Positions 10,501 to 19,693 of a stretch of 64,000 nt of DNA are shown piece by piece (within the stretch, counting starts at the first letter, position 1; the number at the start of each line of letters is the position of its first letter). The translations under genes and the position numbers were made by a program. The notes beneath the pieces were generated by a model. The model was not told where the DNA came from. It searched no databases and saw only the letters and a list, made by a program, of their open reading frames with translations. The DNA lies in the IMG/VR virus record IMGVR_UViG_3300007770_001284, positions 186,001-250,000 of that record, one strand, 5' to 3'.

Positions 10501-11203
10501 GCCTTCTCTTTTGTCTTGTAAGGGTATTGGTGAATCTGCAATCGACGAACTTGTGACTAGTCGACCGTATAAGCATATTGACGACTTGTTGTGGGATGAT
10601 ATCGGAAAGTGGAGGCATTCCAAATTTAACAAGCGTGCTTTGGAGGCGTTAATCAATATTCAAGCATTCGAGTCTATGGATCTTATTGGTGACAACAAGA
10701 CATTTGAAAGCTACAAACAAATGCATGAAGTGTTGATTGGTAAAAATTCTGAAATCAAGAAATGGACAAAGAAGGATCCAGAACGTGGTCGTAGAAACTT
10801 TAACGAGGCGTTGCTTGATACTCAGGGAGCTGGTGTCTGGACACGACGAGAGCGAGTTGAGAATAACGTGCGACATTTCGGTTCATTTAATGCAGCTACA
10901 CTAGTCCCAAGCGAGGTTCAAGAAAAGCTTGCTAAAATGGACATTTTTCCCATTGATGAAATTAATGGTCATGACTTGTATTGGTTCCTCGTGTCAGATG
11001 TGAAGCCGAAGCTAACAAAGAACAAGCGGCCCTATCTACTGGTTACAGCAACTGCATTGTCTGGTCAGACCTATCGGATGTTTTGCTGGAGCTGGGATGG
11101 TGAAACCGAACTGCCGCTTTACAGTCTGTGCGTAGCTGAAGTGAAGAAAAATGATTTTGGATATCAAACTTCTATGAGAAAAATCAAAGTTCTTCAGTTA
11201 TGA
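7589..11203 (+). CDS. dnaE: DNA polymerase III alpha subunit (family C)
   Basis: PHP motifs HSH..DG, TNHG, GCEMY, TDSHY; GPGRGSAAGSLVAY; PDIDTD; KFDLLGL; YGFNKSHA; real start is probably GTG 7589 after GGAGG. Confidence 0.95.
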   Translation: MRKTKLVPPNKFISLHSHDGFSTFDGLGYPQEHIDFVIENGMDGWCLTNHGHMNSFGHAFLHAEKVQKRGGTFRFVPGCEMYVHPDLDAWKLDYEIRQAAKKGDKEALFSLREQREAITTPLTAVTDRDDEIIDIGKEEAGLTVENEEETKSGKFYDPVKRRHHLVVLPKTSEGLQRLFHLVSRGYREGFYRFPRVDYRMLREAAEGGHLMVSTACIGGPIAYEVFRHAQQVEFDDLKHTLLDDPSFHRNVMTGVGNAYQGLVDAVGIDDVHLELQFNKLPAQHLVNRAIIEFANNQGLQDKLVVTTDSHYARPEHWRERELYKKLGWLNYREFDPSKLPQSRDDLKCELYPKNAPQVWDTYLESTDGMDFYNDQVVKDAIERPHTLVHEAIQDIVPDRTMKLPSYVVPEGMTDDKALLEACKKGLVERGLANDPKYIERIKQELKIIKDKNFSRYFLTMEAIIKIAKKAMLVGPGRGSAAGSLVAYVLKLTDVDPFEYDLMFGRFLNPSREGAPDIDTDVGDRDLLLQLMKDEWGDENIIPISNYNTFKLKSLVKDISRFYGIPFNEVNKALSTVDEDVKRAVFKQGTDKNLFVLLYEDALAHSKKFRAFIEAHPEVAAPIQVLFKQNKALGRHAGGCIVAEDIAERMPLIKARGELQTPWAEGMNYKHLETFGWIKFDLLGLETLRIIQRTIELILQRKEGIEDPTFEQVYEWFNANMDPKVLDMDDQHVYEHVYAGGRWAGIFQLAGRGAQNLFKKAKPKSIIDIATLTSIYRPGPLTAKVDRLYIKAKNNPEKIDYGHPLIKEVLEETYGLIVFQEQIMKLCSVVAGFPEEETDTVRRSIMKRKASEAAESLAKARSIKEQFVAGSVKNGVDSQLADDLYEKILFFAGYGFNKSHAVCYAIDSYYCAWLLTYFEEEWLCAYLEAMSGNDKKRAKAFAEVKTLGYRVVPLDINYATKDWTILEGKKFMPSLLSCKGIGESAIDELVTSRPYKHIDDLLWDDIGKWRHSKFNKRALEALINIQAFESMDLIGDNKTFESYKQMHEVLIGKNSEIKKWTKKDPERGRRNFNEALLDTQGAGVWTRRERVENNVRHFGSFNAATLVPSEVQEKLAKMDIFPIDEINGHDLYWFLVSDVKPKLTKNKRPYLLVTATALSGQTYRMFCWSWDGETELPLYSLCVAEVKKNDFGYQTSMRKIKVLQL

Positions 11204-11248
11204 TTAAGGACTAAAGGGTATCGCGCTTAAAGATGAACGGGGTAAAAA

Positions 11249-12280
11249 TTGTTTGCTGGAAAATTTGAAAACTTCACTGAATGTTATCTATCATTGATTG
11301 ATGATGTCTATAATAATTCGACGTATTTATCTGCACCGAGAGGTCAGAAAATTAGGGAAAAACTTGGAGTATCTTTTACGATTGAGAATCCTCGTCACCG
11401 CATCCCCTACGTTGCGGGAAGAAAGTTTAGTGTGACGTATATGGTTGCCGAATTGTTGTGGTATCTTTCTGCAAATAATAAAACTGAATGGATCTCGAAG
11501 TACTCAGCTTTCTGGAAAGATATTAGTGATGATGGTGTGACAGCAAACTCTGCTTACGGTGCTCGGCTTTTTGCCCCTAATGAGAAGATTGCCAATGGTA
11601 GATTTACGCAATGGCAATATGTCGTAAACGAACTAAGAAGAGATCCAGACTCCCGCAGGGCAGTAATGCACTTGAGAATGCCGGCAGACGGAATTGATGC
11701 GAAGTTAGATGTACCATGCACACTTACGCTGCAATTTTTTATTCGAGATAATGAGCTGCATATGATTGTTAACATGCGAAGCTCTGATTTGATTTTTGGA
11801 ATTGCTTATGACATCCCTGCTTTTACATTTTTTCAAGAAATTTTAGCTGGACAATTGGGTGTCGAGCTTGGATCTTATACTCACATGAGCAATTCTCTTC
11901 ACATTTACGAACGTCATTTTGAGATGGTCGAGACGATTTTAAGCGAAAAATGTCTAGCTAAAACGCGCAAGCTAACTGATATTCATGGTCCAATGCCAGC
12001 GATTGACGCTGCTGGGTGCAACCAGCAGGCATTAACATACTGGATTAAGAAGCTAATGACATTTGAGAAAGCACTTTCTGATGCTACAACTCCTCGAGAT
12101 GCCGTTCGTCTGTGGACTGCTTATTTTGCTTATGCTAATAATTCTGATCAAATATGGGCTGACTGGGCTCGGGTCTTAGCTGCACAAAGAGCAAGAAGAC
12201 TTGGCGAGCCAGCAGAAGCAAACGAAATTCAAGCTATCACAGATTTTAGTGGATATTCATTTAATATCAGGAGTCGTTAA
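11249..12280 (+). CDS. Thymidylate synthase paralogue, predicted dCMP hydroxymethylase/hydroxylase
   Basis: SRRA, PCT (catalytic Cys), MRSSDLIFGIAYD with Asp at the position of E. coli ThyA Asn177 (as in T4 gp42), SLHIYERH. Confidence 0.8.
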   Translation: MFAGKFENFTECYLSLIDDVYNNSTYLSAPRGQKIREKLGVSFTIENPRHRIPYVAGRKFSVTYMVAELLWYLSANNKTEWISKYSAFWKDISDDGVTANSAYGARLFAPNEKIANGRFTQWQYVVNELRRDPDSRRAVMHLRMPADGIDAKLDVPCTLTLQFFIRDNELHMIVNMRSSDLIFGIAYDIPAFTFFQEILAGQLGVELGSYTHMSNSLHIYERHFEMVETILSEKCLAKTRKLTDIHGPMPAIDAAGCNQQALTYWIKKLMTFEKALSDATTPRDAVRLWTAYFAYANNSDQIWADWARVLAAQRARRLGEPAEANEIQAITDFSGYSFNIRSR

Positions 12281-13392
12281 TGACGTATCAGTATGATTAT
12301 CTTATTGTCGGTGCTGGAATATTCGGCGCGACGTTTGCTAGAGAAATGACTGACGCGGGCAAAAAGTGCCTTGTCATTGATAAGCGGAAGCACATCGGTG
12401 GTAACGTGTATTCTGAAAAGCGAAATGGCATTGACGTACACGTATATGGTGCCCATATTTTTCATACAAACAATGATCGAATTTGGGAGTACGTAAATCG
12501 ATTTACGACATTCAACAATTACATCAATAAACCGAAGGTACGCTTTGGCGATCGCATTTTTTCGTTTCCCATTAATCTAATGACGCTTCATCAACTATGG
12601 GGTGTTATGGACCCCGCTGAAGCGAAAGCAAAGCTTAATGAAGTGAGGATTCATTGTGAGAATCCTGAAAATTTAGAAGACTGGATCCTTTCCCAGGTTG
12701 GGCGAGAAGTATACGAAACGTTCATCCGTGGTTATACAATGAAGCAATGGCAACGCGACCCGCGGGAACTCCCTTCGTCTATTATCAAGAGACTTCCCAT
12801 TCGTCTTACATTTGATGAAAATTATTTTTTCGACAAGTACCAAGGAATTCCTGTTGACGGCTACACTGCAATGGTTGATAATATGCTGGAAGGAATTGAG
12901 GTGAAGACAGGTATTGATTATTTTGAAAACAGAGCCGTCTTTATTCCTGCTGCAAAGAAGACTGTGTTCACTGGTAAAATTGATGAATTTTTTGGGTTTG
13001 TTCATGGTGAGCTTGAGTATCGCACTTTGCGGTTCGAGCATGAAGAGCTGATGGGTGACTTTCAAGGAAACGCTGTAGTGAACTATACTTCACCAGATGT
13101 CCCCTTTACTCGGATTGTAGAACACAAGCATTTTTTGCCTGAATCGGCTGGAAAACTGGATAACACGATTATCACAAGAGAGTATTCCGCAGAGTATGAC
13201 AGGAGCAAAACGCCATATTATCCTATCGGCGATGCGAAGAATATAGCAATGTATAAGAAGTATTGCGAGATGGCTGAATCGGCAAAGGATGTCATTTTCG
13301 GGGGCCGGCTAGCAGAGTACAAATACTACGATATGCACCAAGTTATCGGTTCAGCACTTGTAAAAGCGAAAAGAGAACTTGAAAATAAATGA
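12280..13392 (+). CDS. glf: UDP-galactopyranose mutase
   Basis: IVGAGIFG, HIGGN, YGAHIFHT, YFxDKYQGIP, TRIVEHKHF, PYYP, GRLAEYKYYDMHQ. Confidence 0.95.
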   Translation: MTYQYDYLIVGAGIFGATFAREMTDAGKKCLVIDKRKHIGGNVYSEKRNGIDVHVYGAHIFHTNNDRIWEYVNRFTTFNNYINKPKVRFGDRIFSFPINLMTLHQLWGVMDPAEAKAKLNEVRIHCENPENLEDWILSQVGREVYETFIRGYTMKQWQRDPRELPSSIIKRLPIRLTFDENYFFDKYQGIPVDGYTAMVDNMLEGIEVKTGIDYFENRAVFIPAAKKTVFTGKIDEFFGFVHGELEYRTLRFEHEELMGDFQGNAVVNYTSPDVPFTRIVEHKHFLPESAGKLDNTIITREYSAEYDRSKTPYYPIGDAKNIAMYKKYCEMAESAKDVIFGGRLAEYKYYDMHQVIGSALVKAKRELENK

Positions 13393-13407
13393 AGATTTGG
13401 CTATAAT
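13379..13407 (+). promoter_or_regulatory. sigma70-type promoter (TTGAAA-N17-TATAAT)
   Basis: Near consensus; GGAG RBS follows. Confidence 0.65.
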
Positions 13408-13430
13408 AAAATAGCAAATTTGGAGAATAG

Positions 13431-14483
13431 ATGAGAGTTTTGTATAGTTTTTGGGGGTTTATTACTCCGCTTGAAAAAAATAGTATTGTAAATACACCTG
13501 ATGGTGAGCGTGGGAACAGGGTGGACTTTGTTACCGAGCTTATGAAGCGTGGCCACGTACCGATTCAACTTCAAAAGATGCGGGATATCGAGCGATATCC
13601 GGGTGTTGAATATGATGACGTAGGGTTTCCCGATGGTGATATTCTTTATGTCGAATGGCGTTGGCCCACTTGGAAGAACAGCGGCGATGACATTTTCGAG
13701 TCTGATTATACACGCCAGTGTAAGGTTCTTGACTATTATCATGATAAAGGAATACCCATCATTATTCATGACGGTGATTTGAAGATGACCCCTGAAGAAG
13801 AGCTCCGCTGGCCGAATGCAGTTCTAGCTGATGCGTGCGTGAACTCGCGACAGCAAACGAGGGAGCGTATTACCATTCCGTGGTGCAATTATATGAAACG
13901 CTATCTTGACCCTGTCGAGTATTCCTACAATTACACGTACGTTGGGAACAATTATGAGAGAGACGATCAATTTCAGAAGTATTACATAAGTTCAAGTCGC
14001 TCGCTTCGAGATCGAGGAATTCAAACGTCTATTTACGGTAATTGGTTACAAAAGTCTCCAGAGCGAAAAGACCCAAAAGAATTGCTGCAGGGAACTCCCT
14101 ATGTTGCCTTTGGCCCACGCTTGGCGTACAAAGATATTTTCGGAGTCTTGAATTCTTCTATCACTGTTACCCATATCACAAAAGACGCGTATACGCCGTA
14201 TGGTAATATTACGGGGAGATTTTTTGAAGCGATCAAAAGCAACGTACCAGCGTTAGTCCCAATAGAATTTAAGCACGCTCTTCCTGTTGGACTAAATGGT
14301 CAACTTGTGGTGGAATCAACTCGTGATGTAATAAGCAAAGTAAACTGGCTTTCATCGTTGAATGCCGAGCAAAGAAAAGCACTAGTAGACGAGCAGGAAG
14401 AGGCTCTTCGAACAGTGATTGATCCCAGACCAGAATACAGGGTAGATCTTCTTGAGCATATTTTGGGAGATTACCACGGATGA
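13431..14483 (+). CDS. GT-B fold glycosyltransferase, possibly DNA/nucleotide-modifying (beta-glucosyltransferase-like)
   Basis: YTYVGNNYER, IYGNW, ITGRFFEAI C-terminal GT-B motifs; context between glf and dNMP kinase. Confidence 0.65.
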   Translation: MRVLYSFWGFITPLEKNSIVNTPDGERGNRVDFVTELMKRGHVPIQLQKMRDIERYPGVEYDDVGFPDGDILYVEWRWPTWKNSGDDIFESDYTRQCKVLDYYHDKGIPIIIHDGDLKMTPEEELRWPNAVLADACVNSRQQTRERITIPWCNYMKRYLDPVEYSYNYTYVGNNYERDDQFQKYYISSSRSLRDRGIQTSIYGNWLQKSPERKDPKELLQGTPYVAFGPRLAYKDIFGVLNSSITVTHITKDAYTPYGNITGRFFEAIKSNVPALVPIEFKHALPVGLNGQLVVESTRDVISKVNWLSSLNAEQRKALVDEQEEALRTVIDPRPEYRVDLLEHILGDYHG

Positions 14484-15034
14484 AGGTAGCATTCATTGGA
14501 CCCGACATGACAGGAAAGTCAAATATTGCTGAAGAACTGTCTCGTCAGACAGACGTTCCTGTGTTCAAAAATTCCAGTGAATGGAAAACGCAACTTGATA
14601 GTCCAGATTATTTTCTTAATCTACTCAAATATGGTGGCCCATTTTTAATGGACTTTATTCGCCAAACAGGCGTATCAGTTATTTTAGACCGTTTTTATCC
14701 GTGTGAGTATGTCTACGCAGAAGCATTCGAGCGAGAGACAGATATGAATGCAATTTTGTGGATGGACGAGAATTTTTCTGAAGTAGGTGGGAAGTTTATC
14801 ATATGTTTGCGGAAAGACTACTCTGGTCTGGTCGATGATCAATATCCTGACCAATTACCACCTGAAATGTTGAAAAAGTTAGACATTTATTATCGTAAGT
14901 TTGCTGAGCGTACAAGTTGTGATTATCTGATTTTAGAGACAGATGACATGGACTTGAACAAGCAGGTAAAAGAGATTAAAATATTTTTAGGAATTAGAGA
15001 AATGGAAGCGGAGGATTTTTGTGTATACTCGTAA
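14480..15034 (+). CDS. Deoxynucleoside monophosphate (thymidylate-type) kinase
   Basis: P-loop GPDMTGKS; VILDRF. Confidence 0.75.
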   Translation: MKVAFIGPDMTGKSNIAEELSRQTDVPVFKNSSEWKTQLDSPDYFLNLLKYGGPFLMDFIRQTGVSVILDRFYPCEYVYAEAFERETDMNAILWMDENFSEVGGKFIICLRKDYSGLVDDQYPDQLPPEMLKKLDIYYRKFAERTSCDYLILETDDMDLNKQVKEIKIFLGIREMEAEDFCVYS

Positions 15035-16025
15035 AGCGTTAGTTACAGGGTGCTGTGGATTTATCGGCGGTCATCTTACGAAGATGTTAGTTGAGCAAGG
15101 GTGGGATGTAACTGGTGTCGACGATTTGTCAAATGGCGACCCCTCTGTATTAGACGGTATAGATATTAGGTGTATCCCACCTGCTCTTTTAGTGGCTTAC
15201 GAAACACAGGCCGTCGATGCTAGTAAGACGCTGGTTATTACTGGTGATTTTGCTCATGAATATGTTCTTATGAAAATTGCTGAAGGTGAATTTGATGTAA
15301 TTTTCCATCTGGCTGCCAATCCGCGTGTGGAGTTTTCTGTTAAGAATCCCGCATCGACTACCCATACAAACGTTCAAAAAACAATTGAATTAATGACAGC
15401 AGCTACCGGAAAAATTGATCGCTTTGTTTTTGCATCATCTTCGTCCAGCTATGGCAATACCGACCAATTTCCAACAAGAGAATCTTCTCCCACAAATCCA
15501 GAGTCACCTTACGGACTACAGAAGCTTGTCGTGGAACAATTTGGTGAATTGTACAACCGATTGTACAGTATGGATTTTGTTGCACTTCGGTTTTTCAATG
15601 TGTACGGCCCTGGCCAGGTGGGAGACTCTCCTTATTCAACTGCAATCGCTGCGTGGTGTACACGTCTTAAGAAAAATGAGCCCCTTCGAAGTGATGGAGA
15701 CGGAGAACAACGGCGTGATATGGTGTATGTAAATGATGTTGCAAGTGCTATGGTGACAGCCGCTGATCACCCCGATTCGTTAGGTTACGCAATGTATAAT
15801 GTTGCAACAGGCGTAGCTGTTACTAACAATGAAATTCTTAAGACACTTAAAGAGTATTTTCCTGAGATGGTTATCAATCATGCTCCCGCTCGCCCAGGCG
15901 ACGTAAAATTTACCTTGGGTTCTATAGATAAAATTAATGAGGAGCTCGGATGGATTCCCCGAAAGGAGTTTTGGGCTGGGCTCAGAAGCACGTTAAAGTG
16001 GTGGGGCTTATTGGACGATGAATAG
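15021..16025 (+). CDS. NAD-dependent nucleotide-sugar epimerase/dehydratase (GalE/WbpP-like)
   Basis: TGCCGFIG, HLAA, ASSSSSYG, SPYGLQK (YxxxK), LRFFNVYGP, DGEQRRD. Confidence 0.9.
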   Translation: MYTRKALVTGCCGFIGGHLTKMLVEQGWDVTGVDDLSNGDPSVLDGIDIRCIPPALLVAYETQAVDASKTLVITGDFAHEYVLMKIAEGEFDVIFHLAANPRVEFSVKNPASTTHTNVQKTIELMTAATGKIDRFVFASSSSSYGNTDQFPTRESSPTNPESPYGLQKLVVEQFGELYNRLYSMDFVALRFFNVYGPGQVGDSPYSTAIAAWCTRLKKNEPLRSDGDGEQRRDMVYVNDVASAMVTAADHPDSLGYAMYNVATGVAVTNNEILKTLKEYFPEMVINHAPARPGDVKFTLGSIDKINEELGWIPRKEFWAGLRSTLKWWGLLDDE

Positions 16026-16449
16026 AAACGCATGGACCAGCAAATCGGTGACAGTAGAAATGCCATGGGGTATAGAGACTCGCTGGAGCGCTGTCCCCAC
16101 AATTACTGGAAAAAAGCTTGAAATTTATTCTGGTTTATGTACAAGCTTAAAATTTCATAAACAAAAGAATGAAGTTTTGTTTGTTGCATCTGGGGAAGTG
16201 ACTGTTATTTTTGCTTGCGAGCGACATTTTGAAGACCCAATTCAGTATCCATCGTCAAAAGAAGTTTTAGGTCCAGGTGGTATGCTGAATGTCCAAGCAG
16301 GGTGCCCTTATCGGGTGTGTGCAAATAAAGATTCTGTAGTATATGAAATTTCGGATGGAAGTAGTGAGAACAGTGTCCGGCTTGAGGACGAATATGGAAG
16401 AGCAATCGACACAATTGACGAGTTTCAGTTTATTTATCCAAAGGACTAA
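16018..16449 (+). CDS. Cupin, mannose-6-phosphate isomerase C-terminal-like
   Basis: PWG..SLKFHKQKNE..VRLEDEYGR. Confidence 0.65.
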   Translation: MNRNAWTSKSVTVEMPWGIETRWSAVPTITGKKLEIYSGLCTSLKFHKQKNEVLFVASGEVTVIFACERHFEDPIQYPSSKEVLGPGGMLNVQAGCPYRVCANKDSVVYEISDGSSENSVRLEDEYGRAIDTIDEFQFIYPKD

Positions 16450-16472
16450 GTCCTAATTCTAAGGAGAAGAAA

Positions 16473-17312
16473 ATGAGCTCGATCGACCCAAATTCAGTAG
16501 ATGTAGTGATTTACCACGCTGATTGCACTGACGGTTACGGGGCTGCGTATTCAGCATGGAAGCTGTTGGGAAAACGTGCCGAGTTTTATCCGTGTAAGCA
16601 CGGTAATCCCCCCCCAAAAGTAAAGGGAAAGAACGTTGTTATTTTAGACTTCTCGTTTACGAATGCAGTTACAAAAAAGATGATAAAGTCTGCAAAAAAC
16701 CTCATCGTGATTGACCACCATAAATCTGCAATGGTAGAATTACATGATATAACAAATACACATTTTGACATGACTAAGTCGGGTGCAATGCTGGCTTGGG
16801 AATTTTTTCATCCTGGAAAAGATGCTCCCAAGTTTATTCAATATATTCAAGATCGTGATCTTTGGAAGTGGGAGCTCCCATACTCAAGGGAGTTCGCAGC
16901 AGCGTTTGATATGGTCCCCTTTGAGTTTGAGGAATTTGAAAAGTTTGAAGATGATTCGGTGTTTGATGACGCTGTTAAACGCGGTTCGTATATACTTGCT
17001 TATTCTAAGACAGTTGTAAAGAAGGTTTGCGAGAAAGCTGAGCCAAGAAAGTTTGAAGGGAAGGATGTTCTTGTTGTGAACGCTTCTCACTGGATGTCAG
17101 AAATCGGAGCAAGACTTTCACCAGATTGTGATTTTGCATTGATTTGGTACTGGGATCATGAAGATAAGGTTACGAAGGTCAGCTTACGTGCATTTCACGA
17201 TTCTGTTGACGTATCTGAAATTTCGAAAAAGTTTGGTGGCGGTGGTCACAAAAAAGCAGCAGGATTTACGCTTCCTAAGGAGACTCACATTGAAGAACTC
17301 TTTGACACTTGA
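16473..17312 (+). CDS. DHH/DHHA1 phosphoesterase (nanoRNase-like)
   Basis: YHADCTDG, IDHH, DRDLW, SLR, FGGGGHKKAAGF. Confidence 0.9.
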   Translation: MSSIDPNSVDVVIYHADCTDGYGAAYSAWKLLGKRAEFYPCKHGNPPPKVKGKNVVILDFSFTNAVTKKMIKSAKNLIVIDHHKSAMVELHDITNTHFDMTKSGAMLAWEFFHPGKDAPKFIQYIQDRDLWKWELPYSREFAAAFDMVPFEFEEFEKFEDDSVFDDAVKRGSYILAYSKTVVKKVCEKAEPRKFEGKDVLVVNASHWMSEIGARLSPDCDFALIWYWDHEDKVTKVSLRAFHDSVDVSEISKKFGGGGHKKAAGFTLPKETHIEELFDT

Positions 17313-17886
17313 TAGAACGCCAAAGTTTGATATTGTTTATTTAGATCCGCCATGGGACTACAAAGGCCAGCTACAACATAGTAAACCTGGAATGGGTGAT
17401 ACAGGTGGGGCTCGCAAGCATTATGGTACGCTCAAACTAAAACAGCTTAAGCAGTTTCCAATGCAGGAGCTTCTTAACGAAGACTCGCTTGTCTTTATGT
17501 GGGTAACAAACCCACACCTCGATCAGGGCATTGAGCTGCTTAAGAGCTGGGGGCTGAAATATTCTACAGTCGCCTTTGTGTGGAACAAGATGCGGGTTAA
17601 TCCTGGGTTTTATACCATGTCGCAGTGCGAGCTTTGCCTTGTTGGAAAAAATGGCAAGATTCCTCGACCTCGAGGTGCCAGAAACGTGCGACAATATCTA
17701 GAGCACCTCCGTGAAGAGCATAGCAAAAAGCCGGATGAAGTTAGGGCTCGCATTGAGCAGATGTTTCCAGACCAGACGAAGGTTGAACTGTTTGCTCGCC
17801 ACCAGTTACCTGGATGGTCAGTTTGGGGAGATGAAGTCGAAAGCTGTGACAGTCTTAAAGGGTACTTGAATGAGCTCGGATGGTAG
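17302..17886 (+). CDS. MT-A70 family adenine methyltransferase
   Basis: FDIVYLDPPW, FMWVT, CELCLVG, HSKKP, VELFAR, GWSVWGDE; start probably TTG 17302. Confidence 0.9.
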   Translation: MTLDRTPKFDIVYLDPPWDYKGQLQHSKPGMGDTGGARKHYGTLKLKQLKQFPMQELLNEDSLVFMWVTNPHLDQGIELLKSWGLKYSTVAFVWNKMRVNPGFYTMSQCELCLVGKNGKIPRPRGARNVRQYLEHLREEHSKKPDEVRARIEQMFPDQTKVELFARHQLPGWSVWGDEVESCDSLKGYLNELGW

Positions 17887-18298
17887 ACCGCCATGGGATG
17901 AAATCTGGATGGGGTTTGCTCATTCAATAGCTCGTCGTTCCTATGATCCGCGACATCAGGTTGGTGCTGTTGTTGTTACGAAAGAAAATACACAAGTGTT
18001 AGCTGTTGGGTATAACGGGAATTATACAGGCGGACCCAATGAGGCAGAGTCAGAAGTTCCGGGTGAGTCTGGAATGATTCATGCTGAAATTAACGCGCTG
18101 CTTAAATGTGATTACAATATTCTTGCGGAAAAGATAATGTACGTTACACTAAGTCCGTGTCGAATGTGCGCAAAAGCGATGGTAAATGGTGGGATTAGCG
18201 AAGTCATTTATAACGAGCAGTATCGTGATATTTCTGGGCTGGATCTATTGAGGGCCGCTGGAGTAAAAGTAAGGCGCTATTCCTATAAGAAATACTAG
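17870..18298 (+). CDS. dCMP deaminase
   Basis: RPPWD, QVGA, GYNG, HAEINA, SPCRMC. Confidence 0.9.
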   Translation: MSSDGRPPWDEIWMGFAHSIARRSYDPRHQVGAVVVTKENTQVLAVGYNGNYTGGPNEAESEVPGESGMIHAEINALLKCDYNILAEKIMYVTLSPCRMCAKAMVNGGISEVIYNEQYRDISGLDLLRAAGVKVRRYSYKKY

Positions 18299-18308
18299 CC
18301 GCGCGTAT

Positions 18309-18315
18309 ATATTTA
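18309..18315 (+). promoter_or_regulatory. Putative late promoter core ATATTTA
   Basis: ATA(T/C)TTA recurs shortly upstream of many genes. Confidence 0.45.
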
Positions 18316-18346
18316 GTCTAGTGCTTTGTTTGCCGGAGTTGTTCTT

Positions 18347-19693
18347 ATGCGTAGAGGTCTAGTAGAAAATCTTGCTGAAATTTCTGTTTGTGCAGTTTTT
18401 CGAGCATATTCTAGCGAGCTAACTTATCTTGCGTTGCAAGAGGGCCAAGTCCGTGGAATGCTTCTAGTTGAGGAATTCAGTAGTGAAGATGCCAACAAAC
18501 TAGACGCAGCAGTAAAAGAAATAAAGGCTTTGGTCGCTGCAGCAACAGACAAATTTGCAGATGCGGCAGAGGTCTGGTCCAAGCCATTCGGTGAATTTGA
18601 TACATTCATGACAGACATGCCTGATGCTGCGGAGATCGTTACTCTGATACAGGGTGGCGACGCAGACAAGCTTGGAAAGATGACAGCGGATTATACAAAA
18701 AAATTGCAAACAGTTGCTGGTGATATTGCCGCTTTGATCGCTGCGGTTGGCGCCGTGCAGAAAGATTTGGCAAATTTTAAAGACGCAGTGGGTGAAAATG
18801 GTGCTCAGACCATCGGCGAGTTGGCCGGCCAAGAAGGCGGAGAGTTCCCGGCGCTCGATAAATTAGATGCAGGGATTCAGCAAGCATATCAAATTCCTGG
18901 GTGGTTTGATAAGATTTGGGCCGCTGGCTCGAAAGCAGCAGAACAAGAAAGTGAGGGTGGCTTCTTTAAGAAGGCGATGGCGTTCATCGGCGGCTTATTT
19001 AAGAGCGATAAAAGTGGACGAGTTGTAGACGCTAGCCTAATCGCTGACGCCATTAAGCAGACTCCCTATGATGTGTTCATGGGCGTCGATCTTTCTGATG
19101 TGCAAACAAGCCTCGAAAGTGCCACCGAAGTCGCCGGTGAAGAAACGACACAGGCTACATCGGCAGCGCAATCAGCGGCAGGGGGAGCCGATGGCGTAAC
19201 TGATGCTGGTGAGGGGGACGCCGACCCATCTGATGAGATAGAAACAGCAGCTAAGGAGCCAGAGGCTCCCGGGGTGGCTGTTTCTAATGCCCTCGACGCT
19301 TGGTATGATGGGTTAGCCGCTGAGTCTCAAAAAACAATAAAGGCAAACGGTCGATATGACGCACTAAAGACCGGAATTAATGACACGCTTGATGGGCTGT
19401 CCAAAGCTGTAGAGAAGGAAGTTGGGAATGCCGTCGGCGCTTGGCGCAAGGAGCATGAAGAAGCTATGGGAAGAAGATTCTCTAAGAAAAATATGGACGC
19501 CCTGCAGGCCATGATTCCTAAATTGGCATCGACAATGATGCAGAAGAAAGAAGAATCAGTTGGACGATTTACTGTTGGCACAGTCCACAGAGCGGTTTAT
19601 CGTTATCTTGATGCTTCGCATCGCAGTGATAAAATTTTATTTGAGTCCACGAGGTGGGGCCAATTAGCGGGTGTTGGAGAAGACAATGAGTAG
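18347..19693 (+). CDS. Acidic helical protein, putative virion/internal protein
   Basis: Ala/Glu-rich; LLVEE near N-term; C-terminal RWGQLAGV motif. Confidence 0.5.
   Translation: MRRGLVENLAEISVCAVFRAYSSELTYLALQEGQVRGMLLVEEFSSEDANKLDAAVKEIKALVAAATDKFADAAEVWSKPFGEFDTFMTDMPDAAEIVTLIQGGDADKLGKMTADYTKKLQTVAGDIAALIAAVGAVQKDLANFKDAVGENGAQTIGELAGQEGGEFPALDKLDAGIQQAYQIPGWFDKIWAAGSKAAEQESEGGFFKKAMAFIGGLFKSDKSGRVVDASLIADAIKQTPYDVFMGVDLSDVQTSLESATEVAGEETTQATSAAQSAAGGADGVTDAGEGDADPSDEIETAAKEPEAPGVAVSNALDAWYDGLAAESQKTIKANGRYDALKTGINDTLDGLSKAVEKEVGNAVGAWRKEHEEAMGRRFSKKNMDALQAMIPKLASTMMQKKEESVGRFTVGTVHRAVYRYLDASHRSDKILFESTRWGQLAGVGEDNE

Noticed and set aside
12280-16025. Bacterial O-antigen/capsule locus
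   Set aside because: No flippase, polymerase or initiating transferase; genes are interleaved with dCMP-modifying enzyme, dNMP kinase and DnaE (a surface-glycan role is not fully excluded)
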